Shown here one piece after another: positions 34,080 through 43,261 of a DNA stretch of 64,000 nt (position 1 is the first letter of the stretch; each line of letters begins with the position of its first letter). The notes beneath the pieces are model-generated. The model worked only from the letters and a program-made list of their open reading frames with translations. It was not told where the DNA came from and searched no databases. The position numbers and the translations under genes are program-made. The DNA lies in NCBI GenBank assembly GCA_902575375.1, contig CACGRD010000001.1:20691-84690 (forward strand), given 5' to 3'. This stretch comes from an uncultured Alphaproteobacteria bacterium (lineage in GTDB: Bacteria > Pseudomonadota > Alphaproteobacteria > HIMB59 > GCA-002718135).

Positions 34080-35386
34080 TTATTTTCTTTATTGAAATTA
34101 AGTAGTGATAAGCTTAGACCGATTATAAAAAAAGTTTCTATTCCATGCCAATTTTTCAATAAACTTCCTGTTGACATAATAGGCCAAAATATAACTGATA
34201 ATGCAATGAATGAATAATTCTTATAAGCAAAATTTTTACTACTTATTACTATATAAAAAATAAAAGCAACATAAATTATTAAACATAAAAAACCAATCAA
34301 TCCATTTTCAGTTAACCATTGTAAATAAAAGTTATGAGGATGACTCCAGCATCTTTCTCTTTTAAACTCTTCAACAAATTTACAACCATAATTGAAATTA
34401 TTCATTCCAATACCAGTAAGAGGATAAGATTTTACCATCTCTAAGGATAAGCTATATGTTTCGTAGTAGGCAGATTGATCAAAATTTTTTAATACTTCTA
34501 AAAAATTTGGTTGTACATTAATTAGTTTTTTGCATTCAGATAGTTGATTACAATTCGGATCAAATTTCTCAATTGTTAGGCCTAAATGACCTGGCTTAGA
34601 ATCAATAACTTTAAAGTTATTATAGTGATCATGTAAATTTATAGTAAGATAACAAATAGCTAAGCAAATTATAGAACTAATAATAAATATTATTCTATAA
34701 TTTTTTAATAAAGTTATACTTAAAATCATTGCCAAGAAAAATGTTGCTGCAGCCATTCTTTCTCCAGATATAAAAGTAAGATACCCACACAATGACAAAT
34801 AGATAATTGATATAACTAAAAAAATTATTTTTTTATCAAATAATATGGTAATGCCTATAAAGCCAAATATAAAAAATTTCGCTATGTAAGAACCAGGGAC
34901 CATATCCAAAAACGGACCAGATAATCTCCCATATATTTCGGCTTTTCTACTGAAGATATCATCTCCAAAACCATTTAGTGGATGATAATTTAAAAATTGA
35001 TATATGGAGTCAAACAAAACAATTAAATTAGCAAACAATACTATTAAGATTACATTCTTAATCAATTTATTTGTTTTTAATAACCACAAGTACATAATTA
35101 TTGGTAGTAAGAGCATTCTTCCAAAAATAAATGACTCTCCAAAGGATTTATAAAAATTTAATGAAACTAAATTTAACAGTAATAGACATATCCAAAAAAA
35201 AAGAGAATAATAAGTAAAATTATTTGATAGTAAGTTGATATTATATTTGTAAAGATAAATTATAAATATTAGACAAACAACGAAAAGACTTAAATCTGGA
35301 ACCGCTGGACCTGTTATTAGTGTTATAGGAATTAATGCGATTAATATATAAGGTACAAAAATAAAATCTTTTTTAATTTTAAGCAT
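34076..35386 (-). CDS. O-antigen ligase (Wzy_C/WaaL) family membrane protein
   Basis: Multi-TM; RLSGPF, SGER, TGIG, HPHNFYLQWLTENG. Confidence 0.85.
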   Translation of the reverse strand: MLKIKKDFIFVPYILIALIPITLITGPAVPDLSLFVVCLIFIIYLYKYNINLLSNNFTYYSLFFWICLLLLNLVSLNFYKSFGESFIFGRMLLLPIIMYLWLLKTNKLIKNVILIVLFANLIVLFDSIYQFLNYHPLNGFGDDIFSRKAEIYGRLSGPFLDMVPGSYIAKFFIFGFIGITILFDKKIIFLVISIIYLSLCGYLTFISGERMAAATFFLAMILSITLLKNYRIIFIISSIICLAICYLTINLHDHYNNFKVIDSKPGHLGLTIEKFDPNCNQLSECKKLINVQPNFLEVLKNFDQSAYYETYSLSLEMVKSYPLTGIGMNNFNYGCKFVEEFKRERCWSHPHNFYLQWLTENGLIGFLCLIIYVAFIFYIVISSKNFAYKNYSFIALSVIFWPIMSTGSLLKNWHGIETFFIIGLSLSLLNFNKENN

Positions 35387-35394
35387 TTTTGAAC

Positions 35395-36318
35395 TTAATC
35401 TTTTATTAATTTTAAAAAAGTATCCTCGAGATTACTTTCATATGTATTAATTTCTGTAAATTCAATCTTTTCCTGATCTAACAATTTTATTATTTCATTT
35501 AATGATGTTTTATTTTTATCATACTCGATATTCAAAATATTTTCATTTAGATTATATTTAAATCTTTTAACACTGTTGGGAATCAATTGTTCTTTTTTCA
35601 ATATAAATGATACTTTTTTAATAGAAATTAAACTTAGAAGATTTTTTTTTGAGTCACTAGCTATAACTCTTCCTTCATTTAAAATAGTAATATAATCACA
35701 TAATTGCTCAGCTTCCTCTAAGTAATGAGTAGTTAAACATATAGTAGTGCCTGAGTTATTTATTTTTTTAATATAATTCCACACTGAAGATCTTATATCT
35801 ATATCTACTCCTGCAGTTGGTTCATCTAAAATTAACATTTCGGGACTATGAACAAGTGCTTTGGCAATCAGAAGTCTACGTCTCATGCCGCCAGATAGCG
35901 TCCTTGCATAAGCATTTCTTTGATCCGTTAATTTTAAATTATCTAAAATTTCTTCAGTTTTTCTTTTATTTTTTGGAATACCATATAGCCCTGCTTGTAA
36001 TTCAAGCAATTCTACGGGGGAAAAAAAAGGATCAATATTTAATTCTTGAGGTACAATTCCTATTTTAAACTTACTTTTTTTAGAATCTTGATCAATGTCA
36101 ATTCCACATATTTTAACAATACCATTACTTTTTTTAACCAATCCCCCTAATATATTGATAAATGTTGATTTTCCTGCCCCGTTAGGACCCAATAAACCAT
36201 AAATACTATTTTTTTTTATTTTTATATTAAAATTAATGAGAGCTTCAATTTTATTTGATTTTTTGAAATAAATTTTATTTACGTTTTCTGCATCAATTGA
36301 ATATTTATAGTCTGACAT
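35395..36318 (-). CDS. ABC-2 type transporter ATP-binding protein (YadG-like)
   Basis: GPNGAGKST, LSGGMRRR, LDEPTAGVD, TTHYLEEAE; no permease adjacent. Confidence 0.9.
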   Translation of the reverse strand: MSDYKYSIDAENVNKIYFKKSNKIEALINFNIKIKKNSIYGLLGPNGAGKSTFINILGGLVKKSNGIVKICGIDIDQDSKKSKFKIGIVPQELNIDPFFSPVELLELQAGLYGIPKNKRKTEEILDNLKLTDQRNAYARTLSGGMRRRLLIAKALVHSPEMLILDEPTAGVDIDIRSSVWNYIKKINNSGTTICLTTHYLEEAEQLCDYITILNEGRVIASDSKKNLLSLISIKKVSFILKKEQLIPNSVKRFKYNLNENILNIEYDKNKTSLNEIIKLLDQEKIEFTEINTYESNLEDTFLKLIKD

Positions 36319-36349
36319 TAATATAGAATCTTATATATTTAAAATTACA

Positions 36350-39091
36350 ATGAATAAAAAGAGTAGATTGATACTAGTTGATGGATCAGCATACATTTTT
36401 AGAGCTTATTATGGTCTGCCTCCTATGAATCGCGCTGACGGAACCCCTATAAATGCTGTTTTTGGGTTTACTAATATGCTTGTAAAACTCATAGAAGATT
36501 ACAGTAATGACAAAATGATTGTAATTTTTGATGCTGCTAGAGAAAATTTCAGAAATAAAATTTATCCTGAATATAAAGCTAACAGAGGTGAAGCACCAGA
36601 TGATCTTATTCCTCAATTTCCACTAATCAGAGAGTGTGTAAAAAGTTTTAATATTCCTCAATTAGAAATAGAAGGATTTGAAGCTGATGATTTAATTGCT
36701 ACCTATGTTAAGTTGGCTGAAAAAGATGAAATTGAGACTATCATAGTTTCCTCAGATAAAGATTTAATGCAACTTGTTAGTAATAAAGTCACAATGCTTG
36801 ATCCAATGAAAAATAAAAAAATTGAAATAAAAGATGTTGAGGAAAAATTTGGTGTTAAACCTAATAAAGTTATTTTTATCCAAGCTTTAACAGGCGACAA
36901 AGTAGATAATATTCCGGGCGCTCCTGGAATTGGTCCAAAAACAGCTTCTCAGTTAATAAATGAATTTAAAGATATTGATGGTTTAATTAAAAATCTTGAT
37001 AAAATTAAACAAGAAAAAAGAAGAAATATTTTAGCAGAATCAGAAAATGACATTAGATTAAGTTTAAAACTTGTAACACTTAAAAACGATGTCCAAATAA
37101 CTGAGACCATTAATAGAATTAGAACTTATAATGAATTAAAAAATGAAAATAATAATATCTTTAATTTTCTTAAAGAGCAGGGCTTTAGATCAACATCTGA
37201 AAGATTAAAATCTAATTCTTTTATATCTAGTGATAATGATAATATAGTTCCAAAAAAAGAAATAAAACCAAAATATCAATTAATTAATTCAAAGAATCAT
37301 TTTGAAAAAGTTTTAAGTGAAATTAAAAAAAATGGTATTTGCGCTATAGATACTGAAACTAATTCACTCGATATAGAAAAAGCTAAATTAGTTGGTATAT
37401 CAATTTGTAGCAGTGAAAATATTTCTTATTATATTCCTATAAACCATACCAGTTTAGATGGTTCTAAAAAAATTGATAACCAGTTAGAGGAAAAATTTGT
37501 AATTAATCATATTAACAAAATATGTGAAAATGAATCTATCTTAAAAATTGGGCAAAATATAAAATATGATATTAGAATTTTAAATAAGTATGGAGTAATT
37601 TTTAATTCAATTGCAGATACAATGTTAATTTCCTATTCAATTGATAATGGAATTTTTAAACATAATTTAGATGATCTATCATTTAATCACTTAAATCATA
37701 CTACAATTAAGTATAAGGAAGTTGTTGGAACAGGGAAAAATGAAATTACTTTCGATAAAGTAACTATTGATAAAGCAATTAATTATGCTGCAGAAGATTC
37801 TCTATTAACATTCAGGCTTTTTCATCATCTTTACCCTCGTTTAATAAAAGAAAAGGCTAATTTTGTTTATCAAAATATTGATTTACCTCTTGTAGAGGTA
37901 TTATCTTCAATCGAGGCAAATGGTATTGAGGTAAATAAAGATTTTTTAACAAGCCTTAGTAATGAATTTGAGAATGAAAGTAAAAAACTTGAAAAGAATA
38001 TTTATAAACTTTCAAAAGAAGAGTTTAATATTGGCTCGCCTAAACAATTAGGAGAGATATTATTCGTTAATCTTAAAATACCTGGTGGTAAAAAAACAAA
38101 ATCAGGAACATATTCTACTGATTCATCAACTTTAAATAATTTAGCCTTAGATGGATTTGAAATTGCACAACTCGTTCTTGATTGGAGAGAATTAACAAAA
38201 CTTAAATCAACTTATACAGATGCTTTATTTAGATTAACAGATGATAAAAGTAGAGTTCATACATCATTTGGTTTAGCTAATACTTTAACAGGTCGATTAA
38301 GTTCTACAGACCCAAATCTTCAAAATATCCCAATTAGAACAGAAAATGGAAAAAAAATAAGAACAGCTTTTGTTAGTGGAAAAGGAAAAAAATTAGTCAG
38401 TTTTGATTATTCTCAAATAGAGCTTAGATTAGCCGCAGAAATTTCTAGTGATAAAAATTTTATTAAAGCTTTTAAAAACAATGAAGATATTCATGCATCA
38501 ACTGCTAAAGAAATATTTAATTTAAACGATAGTCAAATAAATAACGATTATAGAAGAAAAGCAAAAGCAATTAATTTTGGTATTTTATATGGAATTAGTC
38601 CATATGGTTTAGCTAAACAACTTGATATTTCCAATACAGAAGCAAAAGATTATATAAATGAGTATTTTATTAAATACCCAAAAATTAAAAAATATATGGA
38701 GCATCAAATTGATTTCGCAAAAACAAATCAATACGTTGAAACAATTTTTAAAAGGAAAATTAATATTAAGGGAATTGCCGATAAGAATTTTGCTGTTAGA
38801 GGTTTTGCAGAAAGACAAGCCATTAATGCACCAATCCAAGGTAGTGCAGCAGACATTATAAAGTTAGCAATGATAGAAATTCATAAGGAAATAAAACTTA
38901 AAAATATTGAGGCTGAAATGCTTTTACAAGTACATGATGAACTAATCTTTGAAGTCGAAACTAAAAAATATGACAATTTAGTAAGTAATGTAAAAAAGAT
39001 TATGGAGTCTGTACATTTAAAATACAAAGATTTTTCAGTTCCACTCACTGTTGATTTCGGTGCTGGTAATCATTGGGGACAGGCACATTAG
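36350..39091 (+). CDS. polA: DNA polymerase I
   Basis: 5'-exonuclease VDGS..FRAY/EADD, 3'-exonuclease DTET, polymerase DYSQIELR, KAINFGILYG, LQVHDEL. Confidence 0.99.
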   Translation: MNKKSRLILVDGSAYIFRAYYGLPPMNRADGTPINAVFGFTNMLVKLIEDYSNDKMIVIFDAARENFRNKIYPEYKANRGEAPDDLIPQFPLIRECVKSFNIPQLEIEGFEADDLIATYVKLAEKDEIETIIVSSDKDLMQLVSNKVTMLDPMKNKKIEIKDVEEKFGVKPNKVIFIQALTGDKVDNIPGAPGIGPKTASQLINEFKDIDGLIKNLDKIKQEKRRNILAESENDIRLSLKLVTLKNDVQITETINRIRTYNELKNENNNIFNFLKEQGFRSTSERLKSNSFISSDNDNIVPKKEIKPKYQLINSKNHFEKVLSEIKKNGICAIDTETNSLDIEKAKLVGISICSSENISYYIPINHTSLDGSKKIDNQLEEKFVINHINKICENESILKIGQNIKYDIRILNKYGVIFNSIADTMLISYSIDNGIFKHNLDDLSFNHLNHTTIKYKEVVGTGKNEITFDKVTIDKAINYAAEDSLLTFRLFHHLYPRLIKEKANFVYQNIDLPLVEVLSSIEANGIEVNKDFLTSLSNEFENESKKLEKNIYKLSKEEFNIGSPKQLGEILFVNLKIPGGKKTKSGTYSTDSSTLNNLALDGFEIAQLVLDWRELTKLKSTYTDALFRLTDDKSRVHTSFGLANTLTGRLSSTDPNLQNIPIRTENGKKIRTAFVSGKGKKLVSFDYSQIELRLAAEISSDKNFIKAFKNNEDIHASTAKEIFNLNDSQINNDYRRKAKAINFGILYGISPYGLAKQLDISNTEAKDYINEYFIKYPKIKKYMEHQIDFAKTNQYVETIFKRKINIKGIADKNFAVRGFAERQAINAPIQGSAADIIKLAMIEIHKEIKLKNIEAEMLLQVHDELIFEVETKKYDNLVSNVKKIMESVHLKYKDFSVPLTVDFGAGNHWGQAH

Positions 39092-39101
39092 AATACATTT
39101 T

Positions 39102-39230
39102 ATGGAAATAAAAAAAAAAATTAAGAAAAGAAATCCCTTTGCTCAAGATTTAAAACTACCTAAGTACAAACAAAGAATTGTTAGAAATAAGAAAACTTAC
39201 TCAAGAAAAGGAAAAAAAAAGGTTATTTAG
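39102..39230 (+). CDS. Small basic ArfA-like protein (42 aa; missing from ORF track)
   Basis: Manual translation MEIKKKIKKRNPFAQDLKLPKYKQRIVRNKKTYSRKGKKKVI*; fills the polA-grx gap; N..A..L..P.Y.QR...NKK..Y.RKGK pattern resembles the ArfA core. Confidence 0.7.
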   Translation: MEIKKKIKKRNPFAQDLKLPKYKQRIVRNKKTYSRKGKKKVI

Positions 39231-39466
39231 AATTCTTCATCAAAGGTATTCATTTCAAACCATTTTTCAAGTTCATGATACCCTCCAATTTTTTCACCAT
39301 TTAAAATTATTTGAGGAAAAGTTTTAGCGTTCGGAAACTTTTCAAAAAAATCTTCTCTCGTATAATCTGTATCAAGCATATAAATCTTTGGATTAAATTT
39401 AGCTAACCGTAGTTTAGCTCTATCACAGTATCCACAATTAGTTTTAGAGTATATCTCTGCTTCCAT
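39227..39466 (-). CDS. Dithiol glutaredoxin associated with RNR
   Basis: CGYC, TFPQI, IGGY; ATG 39466 in TGATG overlap with the nrdB stop (track uses TTG 39469). Confidence 0.9.
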   Translation of the reverse strand: MEAEIYSKTNCGYCDRAKLRLAKFNPKIYMLDTDYTREDFFEKFPNAKTFPQIILNGEKIGGYHELEKWFEMNTFDEEF

Positions 39467-40455
39467 CAAAATGCTTCATCAAAACTTAAAGCTCTATCTG
39501 TAGGTCGTTGATATTCAGATACCCTTTTTTCAAAAAAGTTAGTAACATTTTGTACATCTAAAGCTCTCATAAAATCAAAAGGATTTTCTGTTTTAAAGAC
39601 TCTGTCAAATTCAAATAGGTCAGCAATTCTGTCTGCAACAGCTTCAATATATTGACACATTAAGTCTTGATTCATACCAATTAAATCTACTGGTAAAGCA
39701 TCTCTTACAAATTCTTTTTCGAATGCTACTGCTTCTCTAACAATTTCTTCAAATTGTGATTGAGGCACATCTGAGGGTATCAAAGACAAATCACTAATAT
39801 CTGCATCAGTTAATGTTTTATTATTAAATTTATCTCTTAAAGTTCTAAACATAAGAGATGAGAAACTAAAATGCATTCCTTCGTCTCTTGCAATCCAGTC
39901 GTTAGATAAGGCTAAACCAGGTAATAACCCTCTTTTTCTGAAATAATATATTGCACAGAAAGAGCCAGCAAAAAATAAACCTTCAACTAATCCAAATCCT
40001 ATTAGTCTTGTTAATAAATTTTGACTACCATTGAGCCATTTTGATACCCATTGTGCTTTATGGTTAATACATGGTACGTTTTGTATTGCATCAAAAAGCA
40101 TGTCTTTTTCTTTTGCATCTTTTACATAAGCTTCAATTTGTAGACCATACATCTCTGCATGAATTGATTCATTCAACATTTGTATAGATATAAAACATCT
40201 TGCTTCAGGAATTAAAATTTCTTTGTAGAACCTACTTGCTAAGTTTTCATTAATCATTGCTTCGGAGTTAGCAAAATATGCAAGTACGTGCTTAATAAAA
40301 TGCTTTTCACCATCATTTAAAGTTTCAAGATCTCTTAAATCATCTTGCAAAGATACTTCTTCAGTTGTCCAAAAGGCTTGTATATGTTGTTTGTATCTAT
40401 CCCAAATTTCTTGGTTTTTTATTGGAAATATTGATTTAACTCCTTTTGATATCAT
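39466..40455 (-). CDS. nrdB: Class I ribonucleotide reductase beta subunit (eukaryote-like, first ligand Glu)
   Basis: FWT, ESIHAEMY, VEGLFF, RDEGMH, NFFEKRVSEY, terminal F. Confidence 0.96.
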   Translation of the reverse strand: MISKGVKSIFPIKNQEIWDRYKQHIQAFWTTEEVSLQDDLRDLETLNDGEKHFIKHVLAYFANSEAMINENLASRFYKEILIPEARCFISIQMLNESIHAEMYGLQIEAYVKDAKEKDMLFDAIQNVPCINHKAQWVSKWLNGSQNLLTRLIGFGLVEGLFFAGSFCAIYYFRKRGLLPGLALSNDWIARDEGMHFSFSSLMFRTLRDKFNNKTLTDADISDLSLIPSDVPQSQFEEIVREAVAFEKEFVRDALPVDLIGMNQDLMCQYIEAVADRIADLFEFDRVFKTENPFDFMRALDVQNVTNFFEKRVSEYQRPTDRALSFDEAF

Positions 40456-40469
40456 TCTTTACTCCTTCT

Positions 40470-43223
40470 TTATGCACTGCAAGTTTCGCAATCTTCTGGT
40501 TCATTGTTTTGTTTAATAGCAGTATTTATATAAGCATCTTTTGCTGCTTTTTCTGATGAAACTGTAACTTTTACAGCATCAACTGCTGATCTACTTCTGA
40601 GATAATACATTCCTGTTTTAAGACCTTTTTTCCAAGCATACATATGCATTGAATTAACTTTCCCAAATGTAGGCGTTGAAAGCCAAAGATTCATTGATTG
40701 GGTTTGATCAATAAATGGTGCTCTATCTGCTGACATATCTATGACAGTTTTTTGTGATACTTCCCAAACTGTTTTATAAACTTCTTTAAGTTCAGTTGGA
40801 ATTTCATTTATGTTTTCAACAGACCCATTTTCTAAAATTATTTTGTCTCTCATATCTTTATTCCACAGTCCTCTTTGAGAAAGTTCATTCACCAAATATC
40901 TATTTACAAGAAGGAACTCACCTGAGAGCGTTTGTCTTTTATATATATTAGAGGTTTGTATTTGGAATGTTTCAGTGTTACCTAATATAATGCCTGTTGA
41001 CGCAGTTGGCATACAAGCTGTGGTTAAAGAGTTTCTCACACCGTGCTCTTTAATTTTAGTTCTTAGCGAATCCCAATCCCATTTTGAAGACGGGTTAACA
41101 TTCCACAGATCAAATTGAAATTTACCTTCCGAAATTGGTGAATTTTTAAATGTTTCGTATGTTCCCTTTTCTTTTGCTAATTCACATGAAGCTTCTAAAG
41201 CTCCAAAGTAAATTGTTTCAAAAATTAATTTATTTATTTCTTTAGCCTCTTCAGAGTCATAAGCTATTCCTAACTTGAAGTAGACATCTGCAAGACCCTG
41301 TATTCCTAAACCTATTGGTCTGTGTTTATTATTAGATCTTTCCGTTTTATCAGTTGGATAAAAATTAATATCAATTACTTCATCTAAGTTTTTTGTGGCC
41401 AATTTTGCTGTTTCATAAAGAGCATCATAGTCATATATTAATTTTTTATCTGATTTTTTTACAAATTTTGGCAGAGCTATAGAAGCCAAGTTACATACAG
41501 ATGTCTCGTTCTTATCAGAGTATTCAACTATTTCTGCACACAGGTTTGAAGATTTAATAACACCAATATTTTTTTGGTTGGACTTGTTATTGATTGAGTC
41601 CTTATAGAGCATATAAGGCTGTCCTGTTTCTATCTGCGCTTCTATAATTTTAGACATTAGATCTCTTGCTTTAATTTTTTCTAAATGCTTCATTTCATTT
41701 TCATACTTAGTGTAAAGTTTTTCAAACTCGTCACCATATACATCTGAAAGACCCGGACATTCATGTTCACTCATAAGTGTCCATTCTTCATCATTTTCTA
41801 CTCTTTTCATGAATAAATCAGGTATCCATAAAGCATAAAACAAATCTCTCGCTCTAAATTCTTCGGCACCCGTATTTTTTCTAAGTTCTAGAAATTTCTC
41901 AATGTCAGCATGCCAAGGTTCTAAGTAAACTGCGAAAGAACCTTTTCTTTTTCCTCCACCTTGATCAACTGATTTAGCAGTTTCATTAAAAATTTTAAGA
42001 AATGGAATAAGACCATTAGATTTACCATTTGTTGATTTTATTCTACTTCCGCTTCCTCTAATGTTGTGAGCATGCATTCCGATACCGCCAGCAGTTTTTG
42101 ATATTAGCGCACAATCTTTGATAGTATTAAAAATACCTTCAATAGAATCATCTTCCATACCTATTAAAAAGCATGATGATAATTGCTGCATCTTTAATCC
42201 ACTATTAAACAATGTTGGAGTAGCATGTGTATACATACCACTAGATAGACTTTTATAGGTTTCTTTTATTTTATCTAAATTAAACTCGTTGCCTGTAACT
42301 GTTAAAGTTACTCTCATCCATAGGTCCTGAGGTCTTTCAATTGTTCTATTATCAAACTTTAACAAATAAGCTCTAATTAGTGTTGTAAGGGCAAAATAAT
42401 CAAATGTATAATCTTTGTCATAATCAATTATTGATTCTATTGCGCCAGCATTTTCCATCACTTTTTTAAAATACTCTTCTCTTAATAAACCATCATCGTA
42501 TAAATTTTTTGTTGCTATTATAAAACCTGGGGTTTCTTTATGTAATGAATTAACTTTTATTCTTGCGGCAAGATATGAATAATCAGGATGCTCTACTGTT
42601 AAAGCTGCTGCAGTTTCAGCAAGATAAGTGTCAATTTCAACAGAACTAATATCACTATACAATCCTGGAACTGCTTTTTGAACAACGACAATTGGATCAA
42701 TATTTAATCCAGTTGATAGAACTGAGACTCTGTTGGTTATTTTATCCAGTGAAATCGGCTCTTTACTTCCATCTCTTTTAGTTACCATCATTGAAGAAGC
42801 TTTTTCTCCAACTTGCTCTTTGAGTTTTTTAGTGTGATATCTAGAAGCTGCTCTTTGTTCTCTATATAGGACATATGCTCTAGCAACTTTATGATGCTCA
42901 TCTCTCATAAGTGCTAATTCCACTTGATCTTGTATATCTTCAATGTGAATCATGTCACCATCAGCAATCCTTCTTGTTAGAGCCGAGACAACTTTATGTG
43001 TTAAAGCTTCAACAGTTTTATGAATTCCATCTTGTTGTTCTTTTTCTTTATTTTTGTCATTTCTAATTTTTGTTTGTGCTAAGAATGCTTTTTTTATAGC
43101 ATTTGAAATTTTATCTGATTTGAAGGGAGTGATAGCTCCATCACGACGTACCACACTTAATGTTAAAATATTTACACTTTTTTCTTCCGGGATTTTTGCC
43201 GATACCTGTAGAATGTCTGCCAT
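40470..43223 (-). CDS. nrdA: Class I ribonucleotide reductase alpha subunit with two ATP cones
   Basis: ATPTLFNSG, LSSCF, SNLCAEI, VCNLAS, GMYYLR, C-terminal CETC; cones start VVRRDG and VTKRDG. Confidence 0.97.
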   Translation of the reverse strand: MADILQVSAKIPEEKSVNILTLSVVRRDGAITPFKSDKISNAIKKAFLAQTKIRNDKNKEKEQQDGIHKTVEALTHKVVSALTRRIADGDMIHIEDIQDQVELALMRDEHHKVARAYVLYREQRAASRYHTKKLKEQVGEKASSMMVTKRDGSKEPISLDKITNRVSVLSTGLNIDPIVVVQKAVPGLYSDISSVEIDTYLAETAAALTVEHPDYSYLAARIKVNSLHKETPGFIIATKNLYDDGLLREEYFKKVMENAGAIESIIDYDKDYTFDYFALTTLIRAYLLKFDNRTIERPQDLWMRVTLTVTGNEFNLDKIKETYKSLSSGMYTHATPTLFNSGLKMQQLSSCFLIGMEDDSIEGIFNTIKDCALISKTAGGIGMHAHNIRGSGSRIKSTNGKSNGLIPFLKIFNETAKSVDQGGGKRKGSFAVYLEPWHADIEKFLELRKNTGAEEFRARDLFYALWIPDLFMKRVENDEEWTLMSEHECPGLSDVYGDEFEKLYTKYENEMKHLEKIKARDLMSKIIEAQIETGQPYMLYKDSINNKSNQKNIGVIKSSNLCAEIVEYSDKNETSVCNLASIALPKFVKKSDKKLIYDYDALYETAKLATKNLDEVIDINFYPTDKTERSNNKHRPIGLGIQGLADVYFKLGIAYDSEEAKEINKLIFETIYFGALEASCELAKEKGTYETFKNSPISEGKFQFDLWNVNPSSKWDWDSLRTKIKEHGVRNSLTTACMPTASTGIILGNTETFQIQTSNIYKRQTLSGEFLLVNRYLVNELSQRGLWNKDMRDKIILENGSVENINEIPTELKEVYKTVWEVSQKTVIDMSADRAPFIDQTQSMNLWLSTPTFGKVNSMHMYAWKKGLKTGMYYLRSRSAVDAVKVTVSSEKAAKDAYINTAIKQNNEPEDCETCSA

Positions 43224-43261
43224 TTAAATCCTATCCATTTTCAAAAAATTATTGTCGAAAA

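Noticed and set aside
39102-43223. Prophage or mobile-element origin of the RNR/grx/small-ORF block
   Set aside because: No integrase, att repeats, tRNA or phage structural genes; host-type NrdR/LexA sites suggest a resident locus. Ancient transfer remains possible.
40470-43223. Intein or intron explaining the long NrdA
   Set aside because: Extra length is accounted for by the additional ATP cone; catalytic motifs are contiguous.
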